A stretch of DNA of 20,198 nt from the NCBI GenBank assembly GCA_965197725.1, contig CBDANQ010000019.1, forward strand, positions 1 to 20,198, given 5' to 3'. Positions 1 through 7,644 of the stretch are shown in pieces. Position 1 is the stretch's first letter; each line of letters starts with the position of its first letter. This DNA is from Longimicrobiales bacterium. Lineage in GTDB: Bacteria; Gemmatimonadota; Gemmatimonadetes; Longimicrobiales; Gaopeijiaceae. A program made the translations under genes and the position numbers. Under the pieces are notes generated by a model, which was given only the letters and a program-made list of their open reading frames with translations, searched no databases and was not told the DNA's origin.

Positions 1-203
1 ACAGCACCCACTCGGGCGTAAGACAGAAGACCCGCAGGGTGACCAACTGGAAGAACGGAGCGATGGCCTTGCGCTGGGCTGCGGCCTCGTTCGTGGAAAC
101 CGAGAAGAGCTACCGGAGGATCATCGGCTACGACCAGCTCTGGATGCTCAGGGCCCACCTCGACGACCATGAACCGGTTGCCGAAATGAGAAAGGCAGGC
201 TAA
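1..203 (+). CDS. IS256-family transposase, C-terminal fragment (5' truncated by window edge)
   Basis: Reads STHSGVRQKTRRVTNWKNGAMALRW...EMRKAG* (TAA 201-203), near-identical to the C-terminus of ORF 3284..4573. Confidence 0.92.
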   Translation, partial: STHSGVRQKTRRVTNWKNGAMALRWAAASFVETEKSYRRIIGYDQLWMLRAHLDDHEPVAEMRKAG

Positions 204-253
204 CAAGGAGACTCTCCGGAGCCACCACCTTCAACTGTCAGCGGGACACCATC
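1..253 (+). mobile_element. IS256-family insertion sequence, right part only (left part outside window)
   Basis: 1..253 aligns to 4371..4623 with 6 mismatches. Identity ends exactly after the right IR ...TTCAACTGTCAGCGGGACACCATC. Confidence 0.93.
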
Positions 254-292
254 CTTCGACCGGGTCGGAGCACGGTTCGGACTCCTCAGTCC

Positions 293-312
293 GGGTAACA
301 GTTTGGGTAACA
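293..312. repeat. Tandem GGGTAACA x2 at 12-bp period (putative integrase arm-type site) on the 3' side of tRNA-Ser
   Basis: GGGTAACA-GTTT-GGGTAACA, 61 bp from the tRNA 3' end. The functional role is inferred. Confidence 0.4.
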
Positions 313-373
313 CCCCAGTTGGTCCGCTGGCAACGGAAGCGACACCCTAGCCGTAACTCCTTGTCCTACAACA

Positions 374-457
374 CGGAGGGGGCGGGATTCGAACCCGCGT
401 GGGCTTGCGCCCGCCGGTTTTCAAGACCAGTGCATTGAACCGCTCTGCCACCCCTCC
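374..457 (-). tRNA. tRNA-Ser (anticodon UGA), long variable arm, CCA not encoded
   Basis: Reverse complement GGAGGGG-TG-GCAGAGCGGTTCAATGC-A-CTGGT-CTTGAAA-ACCGG-CGGGCGCAAGCCCAC-GCGGG-TTCGAAT-CCCGC-CCCCTCC-G folds into a complete cloverleaf with a G discriminator. Confidence 0.96.
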
Positions 458-524
458 AACTCGTTCAAACGTAAGGGCTAATGCCCTTTTCCTACACTTG
501 CCACCTCACTCTCAAGCAGGGGGG

Positions 525-547
525 TGTCCCCCAGAGTGTCCCCTGAC
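525..547. repeat. TGTCCCC x2 at 12-bp period; direct repeat of 2971..2993 (putative arm-type integrase site)
   Basis: TGTCCCCCAGAGTGTCCCCTGAC vs TGTCCCCCAAACTGTCCCCTGAC, 21/23 identical. Confidence 0.65.
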
Positions 548-715
548 GATTCCTTCGCGTCATCGCCCACGGTACTGCTGCACACCCGCACTTCGGTAGG
601 CCAACAGATCGTCGTGGCTTAGAACGCCGTCACCAGTTTTGGGGTTAGACGCTCAACCTACCACCGACGATCACCACGCCTTCCACGAAGACGCGCAGCC
701 AGGGGATCTGGGCCT

Positions 716-1645
716 TCAATTGGGCACCAGACGCTTCAGTTCCTCGAAGAAGTTCTGGACGAGGATGTACTCGACCTCAGCCTGGGTATCACTTCTGTAC
801 GTGCGGACCATCAGGAACCGCTCGCCGTCTGAACTGACGTCGTAGGAGTTGGCGCCCGATACCATCAGATATCCCGCCGGTACGGTGAACAGCATCTCCT
901 GCGCCACCACCAGACCAGAGGCCGGATCGAACTGGGCGGCCACGAACCCACGGTCCGGGCTCATGAAGAATAGCTCACGTCCACTCTTCGCCCAGACCGG
1001 CACGATGCCTCCATCAGTCGAAACGCGCACTCTGGTCGAGTCCACGTTGGGAAACGGACGAACGAATACCTCGGCGCGGCCCGTTTCGGTGGAACTGTAA
1101 GCAAGCCAGAGACCATTCGGCGAGATTGCAGTTCCACCCTCACGGAACGCCGGTGACGCCACGAGGGGTACGGCGACGCTGTCCACGCCCGGACGGAAAC
1201 CCAGGATATCGCGCTCAGCCCTCTCCGCGCTTCTGTCTGCTGAACGGAGCACCAGCGACTCGCCATCCGGACTCCAAGACCCCTGGGCGAAGCTGCGGTC
1301 GTCATCGAGTACGAGTACTGGCTCTCCCGTCCCATCTGCGCGCATGGACCACACGCTCAAGTGTTCGTCGCGGCGGGGACCCGAAAAATACGTCACGCTT
1401 TGCCCATCGAGCGTCCAGAATGGACTGTACTCGGGGTCGGGGTCGTCCGAGAACGTGATCCTCTCCTCCGGTCCGTCGGGGAGGTGCTTGATCCGCACGT
1501 CGGTGTTGCCATCGACAGTGCTGGCGAACGCGACCCGCGTCTCGTCCGGCGAGAGCCTCCAACCGGCGCTTTCGCCCGGCGTGAAGGTGTACCCCGGATC
1601 AACAGGCGTCGCCTGGCCAGAGCGTGTGACCCACACGAACTCCAA
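716..1645 (-). pseudogene. TolB-like (PD40) beta-propeller C-terminal region, N-terminally truncated
   Basis: Repeats LSPDETRVAF, PFWTLDGQSVTY, WSPDGESLV, ISPNGLWLAYSSTETGRAEVFVRPFP, PVWAKSGRELFF and YDVSSDGERFLM, ending in the VQNFFEELKRLVP tail typical of kinase/cyclase-TolB proteins. It begins mid-domain (EFVWVTRSG) at a TTG inside the upstream ORF. Confidence 0.75.
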
Positions 1646-1919
1646 GACGTAACGGGACCACGGGTTCCTGGCGGAGACCGTGCTGAACTTCTACGGCGGC
1701 CCGTACTGCCTCAACGACACTCGGGAACATGGTGAGACTTCCATCGCCCAAGTACTGAAGCAGATCACCGCCGTGCGCCGAAACAGCCGCCTCCAACACC
1801 TGCCGGTGGCGTCGTCGGACGATGCGGGCCGCTTTCTCGTCCCGCTGCATCAGTGCCGTGTAGCCCACAACATCGGTGAACATCACGGCGAGAAGACGAC
1901 GCTCCTTTGAGCTAGTCAC
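1599..1919 (-). pseudogene. Class III adenylate/guanylate cyclase domain, N-terminal half only
   Basis: RRLLAVMFTDVVGYTALM and QYLGDGSLTMFPSVVEAVRAAVEVQ carry both metal-binding Asp residues. Similarity stops at PLRLG, before the rest of the domain. SD-like GGGAGG lies upstream of the GTG. Confidence 0.8.
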
Positions 1920-2152
1920 ATCGCCCTCCCGCTCTCTCCTAACTCACGCTCGATGCGGTAGCGGCCCTGTAGAGGGCTGCGTTCAGGCGGGTGACGGGGT
2001 CGGGCATGGACCCCAAGATGCGGCTCAGTTCAGCAGAGCGCGAGATCCTACAGCAACACCAACCGCAGCCCCAGCGCGAACAGCGCGCTCACGATGATCA
2101 CGCTGACGAAGCCCATCGAGCGGAAGCAATGGACCGACCTCGCCGCCTATGA

Positions 2153-2545
2153 TCAACACCGAGATTGCGAGTCCGACCATCTTTTTGATCCCAGTAGACG
2201 CCCCAAGAAAAGGGAGAGAACCGGAAGGAGAACCGGGACGATCGCCCACACCGTCTTCCCCACCTGCAGGCGTCTCCATTCAACTGCTGTGATGTCCGCA
2301 AGCGCGATCCTGACAGTCCCAGTGCGGAGATTACTGAAGATCCGGGCAGTAAGGGAATCAGACTCGACCTGTGGGTTTCTAAGCTCCATCCGCTCGCCGT
2401 CAGCTTTGAAGATCCTGATGTGGTCGGGCGCTGCCTCCTCGATTAGCTGTCGAGGGCTGACCGTGACAGGTTGCCACGAGTAGCATCCAGCGAGGTGCAG
2501 CACCAACAGCAACAGGGCCAATGGGCGATAGCGGCGCAGTTCCAT
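2153..2545 (-). CDS. Hypothetical lipoprotein with a C-terminal hydrophobic segment
   Basis: MELRRYRPLALLLLVLHLAGC gives a basic n-region, h-region and LAGC lipobox. SD AGAGGGA lies upstream of the ATG. TVWAIVPVLLPVLSLFLG is TM-like. Confidence 0.7.
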   Translation of the reverse strand: MELRRYRPLALLLLVLHLAGCYSWQPVTVSPRQLIEEAAPDHIRIFKADGERMELRNPQVESDSLTARIFSNLRTGTVRIALADITAVEWRRLQVGKTVWAIVPVLLPVLSLFLGRLLGSKRWSDSQSRC

Positions 2546-2916
2546 GGCGGTCCCTCTTGAACGAGTCGTGACGACTCACACACCGTGGTTCGATCGAGTT
2601 TGTGAGCACATACGTATCGTGACGTAGGCGTGCGCGGCCCTGCAGCGGTGCGCGGCCAATACTTCGTAACGGGCGGAGTAGAGTCTGCCGGAGGATTGCT
2701 CGGTCATCTCGCAGGATGTGCGCGAGAGGAGGAGGGGGCAAGATCGGCTTGGAAGCCCCGCTGTGGTCTCACATGATCGGGCGGGGTCTTGCGATAGACC
2801 GAATGCAGGACTCCCGCCATAACTCCCGCTGTTCGATGCCGTTTCCCCGCTGTTGAGTGCCGGCAGATCCCGGCATCGCGAATCGGCAAGTGCGGCAGAT
2901 CGTGCAGCCCGGTGAG

Positions 2917-2941
2917 ACGGTGTCGGTTACGGTGTCGGTTA
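2917..2941. repeat. Perfect 12-bp tandem repeat ACGGTGTCGGTT x2
   Basis: ACGGTGTCGGTT-ACGGTGTCGGTT-A read directly from the sequence. Confidence 0.7.
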
Positions 2942-2970
2942 GTCCTGCAAGCTGCCTGAACCGAAAGGGA

Positions 2971-2993
2971 TGTCCCCCAAACTGTCCCCTGAC
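2971..2993. repeat. Second copy of the TGTCCCC 12-bp-period arm-like repeat
   Basis: 21/23 identity with 525..547, same orientation, 114 bp from the att core at 3108. Confidence 0.65.
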
Positions 2994-3107
2994 CAGCGGG
3001 ATTGAGTCACACTCAGCGGGACTCACGAAGAAAGGCCTATCCCAGGAAGCCAACTGGGACGGGCTCTTTCGTACCTAGGGGGACTCAGCCGGAAAGCTCA
3101 GATAGAG

Positions 3108-3146
3108 TTTCAAGGCCGGTGCATTGCACCGCTCTGCCACCCCTCC
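3108..3146 (-). pseudogene. 5' half of tRNA-Ser(UGA) (att-site remnant)
   Basis: Reverse complement GGAGGGGTGGCAGAGCGGTGCAATGCACCGGCCTTGAAA followed by unrelated sequence, with no T-arm or 3' acceptor strand. Confidence 0.85.
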
Positions 3147-3215
3147 AGACGGATAACCACCCTCGGGAAGCTGTCCCAACCGTAGTTGAAGGTCCCTGAT
3201 AGGGGAGAAAGAAAA

Positions 3216-3282
3216 GTGGTGGCTCCGGGGGTCCCGGGCCGATAGGCTCGGGTAGGCAAAAACCCCAACACGGAGCCACCAC
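3216..3282 (+). promoter_or_regulatory. 12-bp inverted repeat covering the transposase ribosome-binding site
   Basis: GTGGTGGCTCCG (3216..3227) is the perfect complement of CGGAGCCACCAC (3271..3282), which contains GGAG and ends 1 nt before the ATG. Confidence 0.6.
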
Positions 3283-3283
3283 G

Positions 3284-4573
3284 ATGAAGAGAACGTACGA
3301 GGTAAGGGATCGGGCGGACAAGCGCGCGATCAGGGAGTTCCTGAAGCGGGAGGGGCAGTTTCTGCTTCCGATGCTTGAGCTCGTGGAGCAGACGGAGGTC
3401 GCGATCGACGAAGTCATCCAGGTGATGGGACGAGCGACGATCGAAGCGGTGCTGGAGATGAGCGCCGAGGGTGTGGCAGGCGTGAAGCAGGCAGGTCGGT
3501 CACGAGCGGAAGACGACACGGTGTGGTATGGCCGGCAGGGTGGTGTGGTTTACCTGTTGGACCGGAAGGTGCGTGTGGAGCGGCCACGGCTCAGGCGCCG
3601 GGGCGCCGGGGAGGGTGGCGAGGTCGAGGTGCCGGCGTACGCAGCGATGCGGAGACCGGGCGCCGTGGCGGATCGGATGCTCGAGGTCCTGATGGCGGGG
3701 GTGAGCACGCGGAAGTACGGCCGTGTGATCGGTGAGATGGCCGACACGGTCGGGGTGAGCAAGTCGGCGGTGAGCCGTGAGACGGTCGAGGCCTCGGAGC
3801 GCGTGCTGAAGGAGCTGATGGAGCGCCGGCTGGATGCGTGGGACCTCCTGGTGATCTACCTGGACGGGATCCAGATGGGCTCGCACCACGTGCTTGCTGC
3901 GGTAGGCGTGGACTCAGACGGAAAGAAGCACGTGCTGGGCGTGAGGGAAGGAGCGAGTGAGAACGCCGAGGTGACCAGCGCGCTCCTAGAGGATCTGGTC
4001 GAGCGCGGCCTGGACCCGGGCAGGCGGCGGCTGTTCGTGATCGATGGCTCGAAAGCGCTCAGGAAGGCGATCGAGAAGGTGTTCGGCCAACGTCACCCCA
4101 TCCAGCGCTGCCGCAACCACAAGCTCCGCAACGTGCTGGGTCATCTGCCGAAGGATCAGCATCCTCAGGTGAAGGCGGCGTTCCGGGCGGCGATGAAGCT
4201 GGACGCGAAGCAGGGCGAGCAGAAGCTCGAGCAGCTCGCCCGATGGCTCGAGCGCGACCACCCCTCGGCCGCAGCCAGCCTGCGCGAAGGCCTCAGCGAG
4301 ATGTTCACCATAAACCGGCTCGGCCTCCCACCGCGGCTGAGGAAGTGCCTGGGCTCGACCAACCTGATCGACAGCACCCACTCGGGCGTAAGACGGAAGA
4401 CCCGCAGGGTGACTAACTGGAAGAACGGAGCGATGGCCTTGCGCTGGGCTGCGGCCTCGTTCGTGGAAACCGAGAAGAGCTACCGGAGGATCATCGGCTA
4501 CGACCAGCTCTGGATGCTCAGGGCCCACCTCGACGACCATGAACCGGTTGCCGAAATGAGAAAGACAGGCTAA
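3284..4573 (+). CDS. IS256 (Mutator-like) family transposase
   Basis: 429 aa with GVSTR, VSKSAVSR, IYLDG, AVGVDSDGKKHVLG, FVIDGSKAL, QRCRNHK (CxxH) and STNLIDS motifs. Confidence 0.95.
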   Translation: MKRTYEVRDRADKRAIREFLKREGQFLLPMLELVEQTEVAIDEVIQVMGRATIEAVLEMSAEGVAGVKQAGRSRAEDDTVWYGRQGGVVYLLDRKVRVERPRLRRRGAGEGGEVEVPAYAAMRRPGAVADRMLEVLMAGVSTRKYGRVIGEMADTVGVSKSAVSRETVEASERVLKELMERRLDAWDLLVIYLDGIQMGSHHVLAAVGVDSDGKKHVLGVREGASENAEVTSALLEDLVERGLDPGRRRLFVIDGSKALRKAIEKVFGQRHPIQRCRNHKLRNVLGHLPKDQHPQVKAAFRAAMKLDAKQGEQKLEQLARWLERDHPSAAASLREGLSEMFTINRLGLPPRLRKCLGSTNLIDSTHSGVRRKTRRVTNWKNGAMALRWAAASFVETEKSYRRIIGYDQLWMLRAHLDDHEPVAEMRKTG

Positions 4574-4636
4574 CCAAGAGACTCTCCGGCGCCACCACCT
4601 TCAACTGTCAGCGGGACACCATCACCCTCGGGCAGA

Positions 4637-4665
4637 AAGATGCTTCAGCCCCTGCCCCGCTTCAA
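4637..4665 (-). promoter_or_regulatory. Putative sigma70-type promoter of the ancestral tRNA-Ser locus
   Basis: Minus strand TTGAAG-N17-CATCTT. With the IS removed it would lie about 25 bp upstream of the tRNA 5' fragment at 3146. Confidence 0.4.
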
Positions 4666-4686
4666 CCGGGACCTTCGGGGATGTGG

Positions 4687-6273
4687 CTAGTGCCGGAACA
4701 GCCTTCGGCCGGTGAACACCATCGCCATGCCGTGCTCGTTCGCGGCGGCGATGACTTCTTCGTCTCGCTTGGAGCCGCCCGGCTGGATGACGGCCTTTAC
4801 GCCGGCTTCGGCTGCTGCGTCGACTCCGTCTCGGAAGGGGAAGAAGGCGTCTGAGGCGAGGACCGCACCGGTCAGGTCGAGGCTGGCGTCACTGGCCTTT
4901 CGCACTGCGATCTTGGACGAGTCCACGCGGCTCATCTGTCCGGCGCCTATGCCTAGCACGGCTCCGTCCTTGGCGAGCAGGATCGCGTTCGACTTCACGC
5001 CGAAAATCGCGGCCCAGGCGAAGCGCAGGTCGTCCATCTCCTCCTCGGTCGGCTGCCTCTCGGTGGCGACGGTCCAGGTCTCGTCGTCGATCCCGTAGAA
5101 GGGGAGCACGGGCGGGGTCTGGGCGAGCATGCCACCGTAGACGGTGCGCAGCATGCGCGCTTCGGGGATTCGGCCCCAGCCTGCGAGGAAGTTGTCGTCG
5201 CCCCCTCCCCCGATCTCGGGGAAGGTCAGTAGGCGGACGTTCTTCTTCTCGGTGAGCCTGGCCATGGCGGCCTGTGAGTAGCCGGGCGCCACGATGCACT
5301 CGATGAAGAGCGTCGACATGAGCTCAGCGGTCGCCTCGTCGAGGAGGCCGTTCATTGAGATCACGGAACCGAAGGCGCTGGTGGGATCGGTCGCGAGCGC
5401 TTTCTCATAGGCGTCGGACAGCGAGTCCGAGATGCCGAGGCCACACGGGGTGGTGTGCTTGACGATGCAGACGGCGGCCCGTGGTGAATGAGCGAACGGC
5501 GACAGCGACAGGAGAGCTCCGTCGAGATCCAGCAGATTGTTGTACGAGAGCTCATTGCCGTGGTGCTGTTTGAGCGCGGATAACCCGGCGGGCTCGTCGG
5601 GGCCGTAAAACGCTGCTTCCTGATCCGGATTCTCACCGTATCGGAGCGTCTTCAGACGCCGCAGTGAGCCGATCAGCCGTTCGGGAAGTGGCGTCCAGTC
5701 CGCCGATCGCTCCATATAGGCGGCCACGGCGTCGTCGTATATGCTGACGTGACGGAAGACCTTGGCCGCGAGTCGGCGGCGCAGCTGTGTCTGCCCCTCC
5801 CCGTCGATCCCGGCGATCACGACCTCGTAGTCGGCCGGGTCCACGACGACCCATACGTCCCGGTGTGACTTGGCGGCCGCACGGATCATGGTCGACCCGC
5901 CAATATCGACTTTCCCCATCGCGCCATCCATCGGGACATTGCCGGCGGCGATCGTCGCCTGGAACGGGTAGAGGTTGACGGCCACCAGATCGATGGGCCC
6001 GTACCCGCGTTCTTCCAACGCGGCCATGTCGTCGGCGCGGTCCCGGCGAGCTAGCAATGGTGCGTGAATCGCGGGATGGAGCGTCTTCACCCGACCATCC
6101 ATCATCTCGGGATGCTGGGTGACCTCAGAGACGCTCGTCACCTCGAGGCCGGCGTCCCGGAGGATCCGGGCGGTACCACCGGTCGAGAGCAGCTCCCAAC
6201 CTCGCTCCAAGAGTGCCTCCCCGAGCTCCACGATGCCGGTCTTGTCGGACACGCTGAGTAGCGCACGTTTCAT
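4687..6273 (-). CDS. purH: Bifunctional AICAR formyltransferase / IMP cyclohydrolase
   Basis: [68 protein letters not shown] and terminal RLFRH. Confidence 0.97.
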   Translation of the reverse strand: MKRALLSVSDKTGIVELGEALLERGWELLSTGGTARILRDAGLEVTSVSEVTQHPEMMDGRVKTLHPAIHAPLLARRDRADDMAALEERGYGPIDLVAVNLYPFQATIAAGNVPMDGAMGKVDIGGSTMIRAAAKSHRDVWVVVDPADYEVVIAGIDGEGQTQLRRRLAAKVFRHVSIYDDAVAAYMERSADWTPLPERLIGSLRRLKTLRYGENPDQEAAFYGPDEPAGLSALKQHHGNELSYNNLLDLDGALLSLSPFAHSPRAAVCIVKHTTPCGLGISDSLSDAYEKALATDPTSAFGSVISMNGLLDEATAELMSTLFIECIVAPGYSQAAMARLTEKKNVRLLTFPEIGGGGDDNFLAGWGRIPEARMLRTVYGGMLAQTPPVLPFYGIDDETWTVATERQPTEEEMDDLRFAWAAIFGVKSNAILLAKDGAVLGIGAGQMSRVDSSKIAVRKASDASLDLTGAVLASDAFFPFRDGVDAAAEAGVKAVIQPGGSKRDEEVIAAANEHGMAMVFTGRRLFRH

Positions 6274-6301
6274 CGCACTTCCCTTTCGGGTTCAGAGAGA
6301 T

Positions 6302-6958
6302 TCAAGGTGCCTCATCGGAGAGGCGATAGGCATCTCCGTTGCACGTCAGCGGCCCGGGATCGCGCCCTTCGGCCAACGCGTCGCATACGTGATCCGCTGC
6401 CATGGGGTACAGGCGGTGCTCGGCCCTCAGTACCCTCGCGGCGAGTGCTTCCGGCGTATCGGTCGGCTTCAGCGGCACCGGCCACTGCGCCACGATGCCG
6501 CCGTTGTCGTACTCCTCGTCCACGTAGTGGACCGTAGGCCCCGAGATTCGCGCGCCCGACTCGATCACGGCCCGATGCACGTTCATCCCGTACATGCCCT
6601 TGCCCCCGAACGCGGGAAGCAGCGCGGGATGCACGTTGAGAATGCGGCGAGGGAAGCGCTCGACGACCTGGGTCGGGATCTTCCGGAGGTAGCCGGACAG
6701 GAAGATGACCTCGATGTCGTGCTGCTCGAGCAGCTCGAGCGTTTCTCTGGCCACTCGCGCTGGCTCACGATCCTTGGTCGGAATCACCGCTGACGCCACA
6801 CCTGCGGCCTCAGCGCGCCGCAAGGCTCCAGCGCCCTCACGGTTGCAGACGAGGAGGGACAGCGTCCAAGGGCTCTTGGCCCCCTGGTGGTCGATCAGCG
6901 CTTGTAGGTTGGTGCCTCCGCCGGAGGCGAACGCGGCGGCCTTCAGCGCTCGGCTCAC
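6302..6958 (-). CDS. purN: Phosphoribosylglycinamide formyltransferase
   Basis: FASGGGTNLQAL, NVHPALLPAFGG and SGPTVHYVDEEYDNG. Start reassigned to GTG at 6958 (GTGA overlap with the upstream stop) rather than the ORF-track 7246. Confidence 0.95.
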   Translation of the reverse strand: MSRALKAAAFASGGGTNLQALIDHQGAKSPWTLSLLVCNREGAGALRRAEAAGVASAVIPTKDREPARVARETLELLEQHDIEVIFLSGYLRKIPTQVVERFPRRILNVHPALLPAFGGKGMYGMNVHRAVIESGARISGPTVHYVDEEYDNGGIVAQWPVPLKPTDTPEALAARVLRAEHRLYPMAADHVCDALAEGRDPGPLTCNGDAYRLSDEAP

Positions 6959-7608
6959 ACCAGCTCCCCTCCGAAGTGCGGTACCAGGAAGGGGTTTCCG
7001 ACACGCTCGTGGCCGACGGTCGTCGGTGGGCCATGGCCGCTCAAGAGCACGGTCTCGTCCGGCAGGGTCAGAACCTGATCGCGGATGGACCTCATGAGCG
7101 TGGCCAAGTCCCCACCCGGAAGGTCCGTGCGCCCGATCGAGCCCATGAACACGACATCGCCGGAGATCGCCACGCCCTCGTCTTCGGCCACGAAGATCAC
7201 GTGACCCGGTGCGTGACCCGGCGTGAAGCGAACGTCGAGGGCGCACGTCCCGAACTCGTAGCGCTGGCCGTGCTCGAGCTCGTGTGTGGGCGTGGCTTGT
7301 GCCTCCGCCGTGAGCCCGAACGCCGCCGCCTGTCTTGGCAGCGCCTCGTACATGGCGAAGTCGTCCCGGTGCAGCCAGATGGGCACTTCAGGCGCGACCG
7401 CCCGGACGTTGTTGACACCCTCGATGTGATCGAGGTGCGCGTGCGTGAGCAGGATCGCCTGCAGCGAGAGCTCGTCCTCGACGATGGCGCGGGCCAGGTC
7501 TGACGCGGCTCCGCCGGGATCGATGGCGACGGCAACCCTCGACTCCTCACAGGCGACCAGGTATGCGTTTTCCCCGAAACCTCCACCTGTGAAGGTTCGG
7601 ATATCCAC
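6955..7608 (-). CDS. MBL-fold metallo-hydrolase (glyoxalase II / YcbL-GloC-like)
   Basis: THAHLDH (HxHxDH), TPGHAPGH, SGDVVF, SIGRTDLPGG and SGHGPPTT. Confidence 0.92.
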   Translation of the reverse strand: MDIRTFTGGGFGENAYLVACEESRVAVAIDPGGAASDLARAIVEDELSLQAILLTHAHLDHIEGVNNVRAVAPEVPIWLHRDDFAMYEALPRQAAAFGLTAEAQATPTHELEHGQRYEFGTCALDVRFTPGHAPGHVIFVAEDEGVAISGDVVFMGSIGRTDLPGGDLATLMRSIRDQVLTLPDETVLLSGHGPPTTVGHERVGNPFLVPHFGGELV

Positions 7609-7644
7609 TACGTCACGACCACCCGGAGGTCTGTACTAGGGAGA

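Larger units (their letters stand above)
419..3114. mobile_element. Degenerate integrative element/genomic island (2689 bp between att cores) inserted at the tRNA-Ser anticodon loop; no integrase left
   Basis: 40-bp direct repeat (419..458 vs 3108..3147, 37/40) equals the tRNA 5' half and ends exactly at the 7-nt anticodon loop. Matching 23-bp arm-like repeats lie at 525..547 and 2971..2993. Confidence 0.72.
3167..4623 (+). mobile_element. Complete IS256-family element, 1457 bp, with 8-bp target-site duplication
   Basis: IRL GAAGCTGTCCCAACCGTAGTTGAAGGT vs IRR reverse complement GATGGTGTCCCGCTGACAGTTGAAGGT (19/27). TSD ACCCTCGG at 3159..3166 and 4624..4631. Confidence 0.93.

Noticed and set aside
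374..457. tRNA as tRNA-Sec (selC), given the nearby selA and the letters UGA
   Set aside because: The anticodon is UGA (reads UCA, Ser), not UCA. The acceptor stem is 7 bp and the length 84 nt.
2025..2279. 84-aa minus-strand ORF overlapping the lipoprotein 3' end
   Set aside because: Overlaps 2153..2545 in another frame with no RBS or motif; at most a gene remnant that cannot be assigned.
3060..3146. Second complete tRNA or intron-split tRNA
   Set aside because: No T-loop or 3' acceptor follows the anticodon loop, and the only 3' half already has its own 5' half.
6959..7246. N-terminal extension of PurN in the ORF track (likewise ValS 14366..14434)
   Set aside because: It overlaps the MBL gene or lacks homology; better starts are GTG 6958 and GTG 14365.
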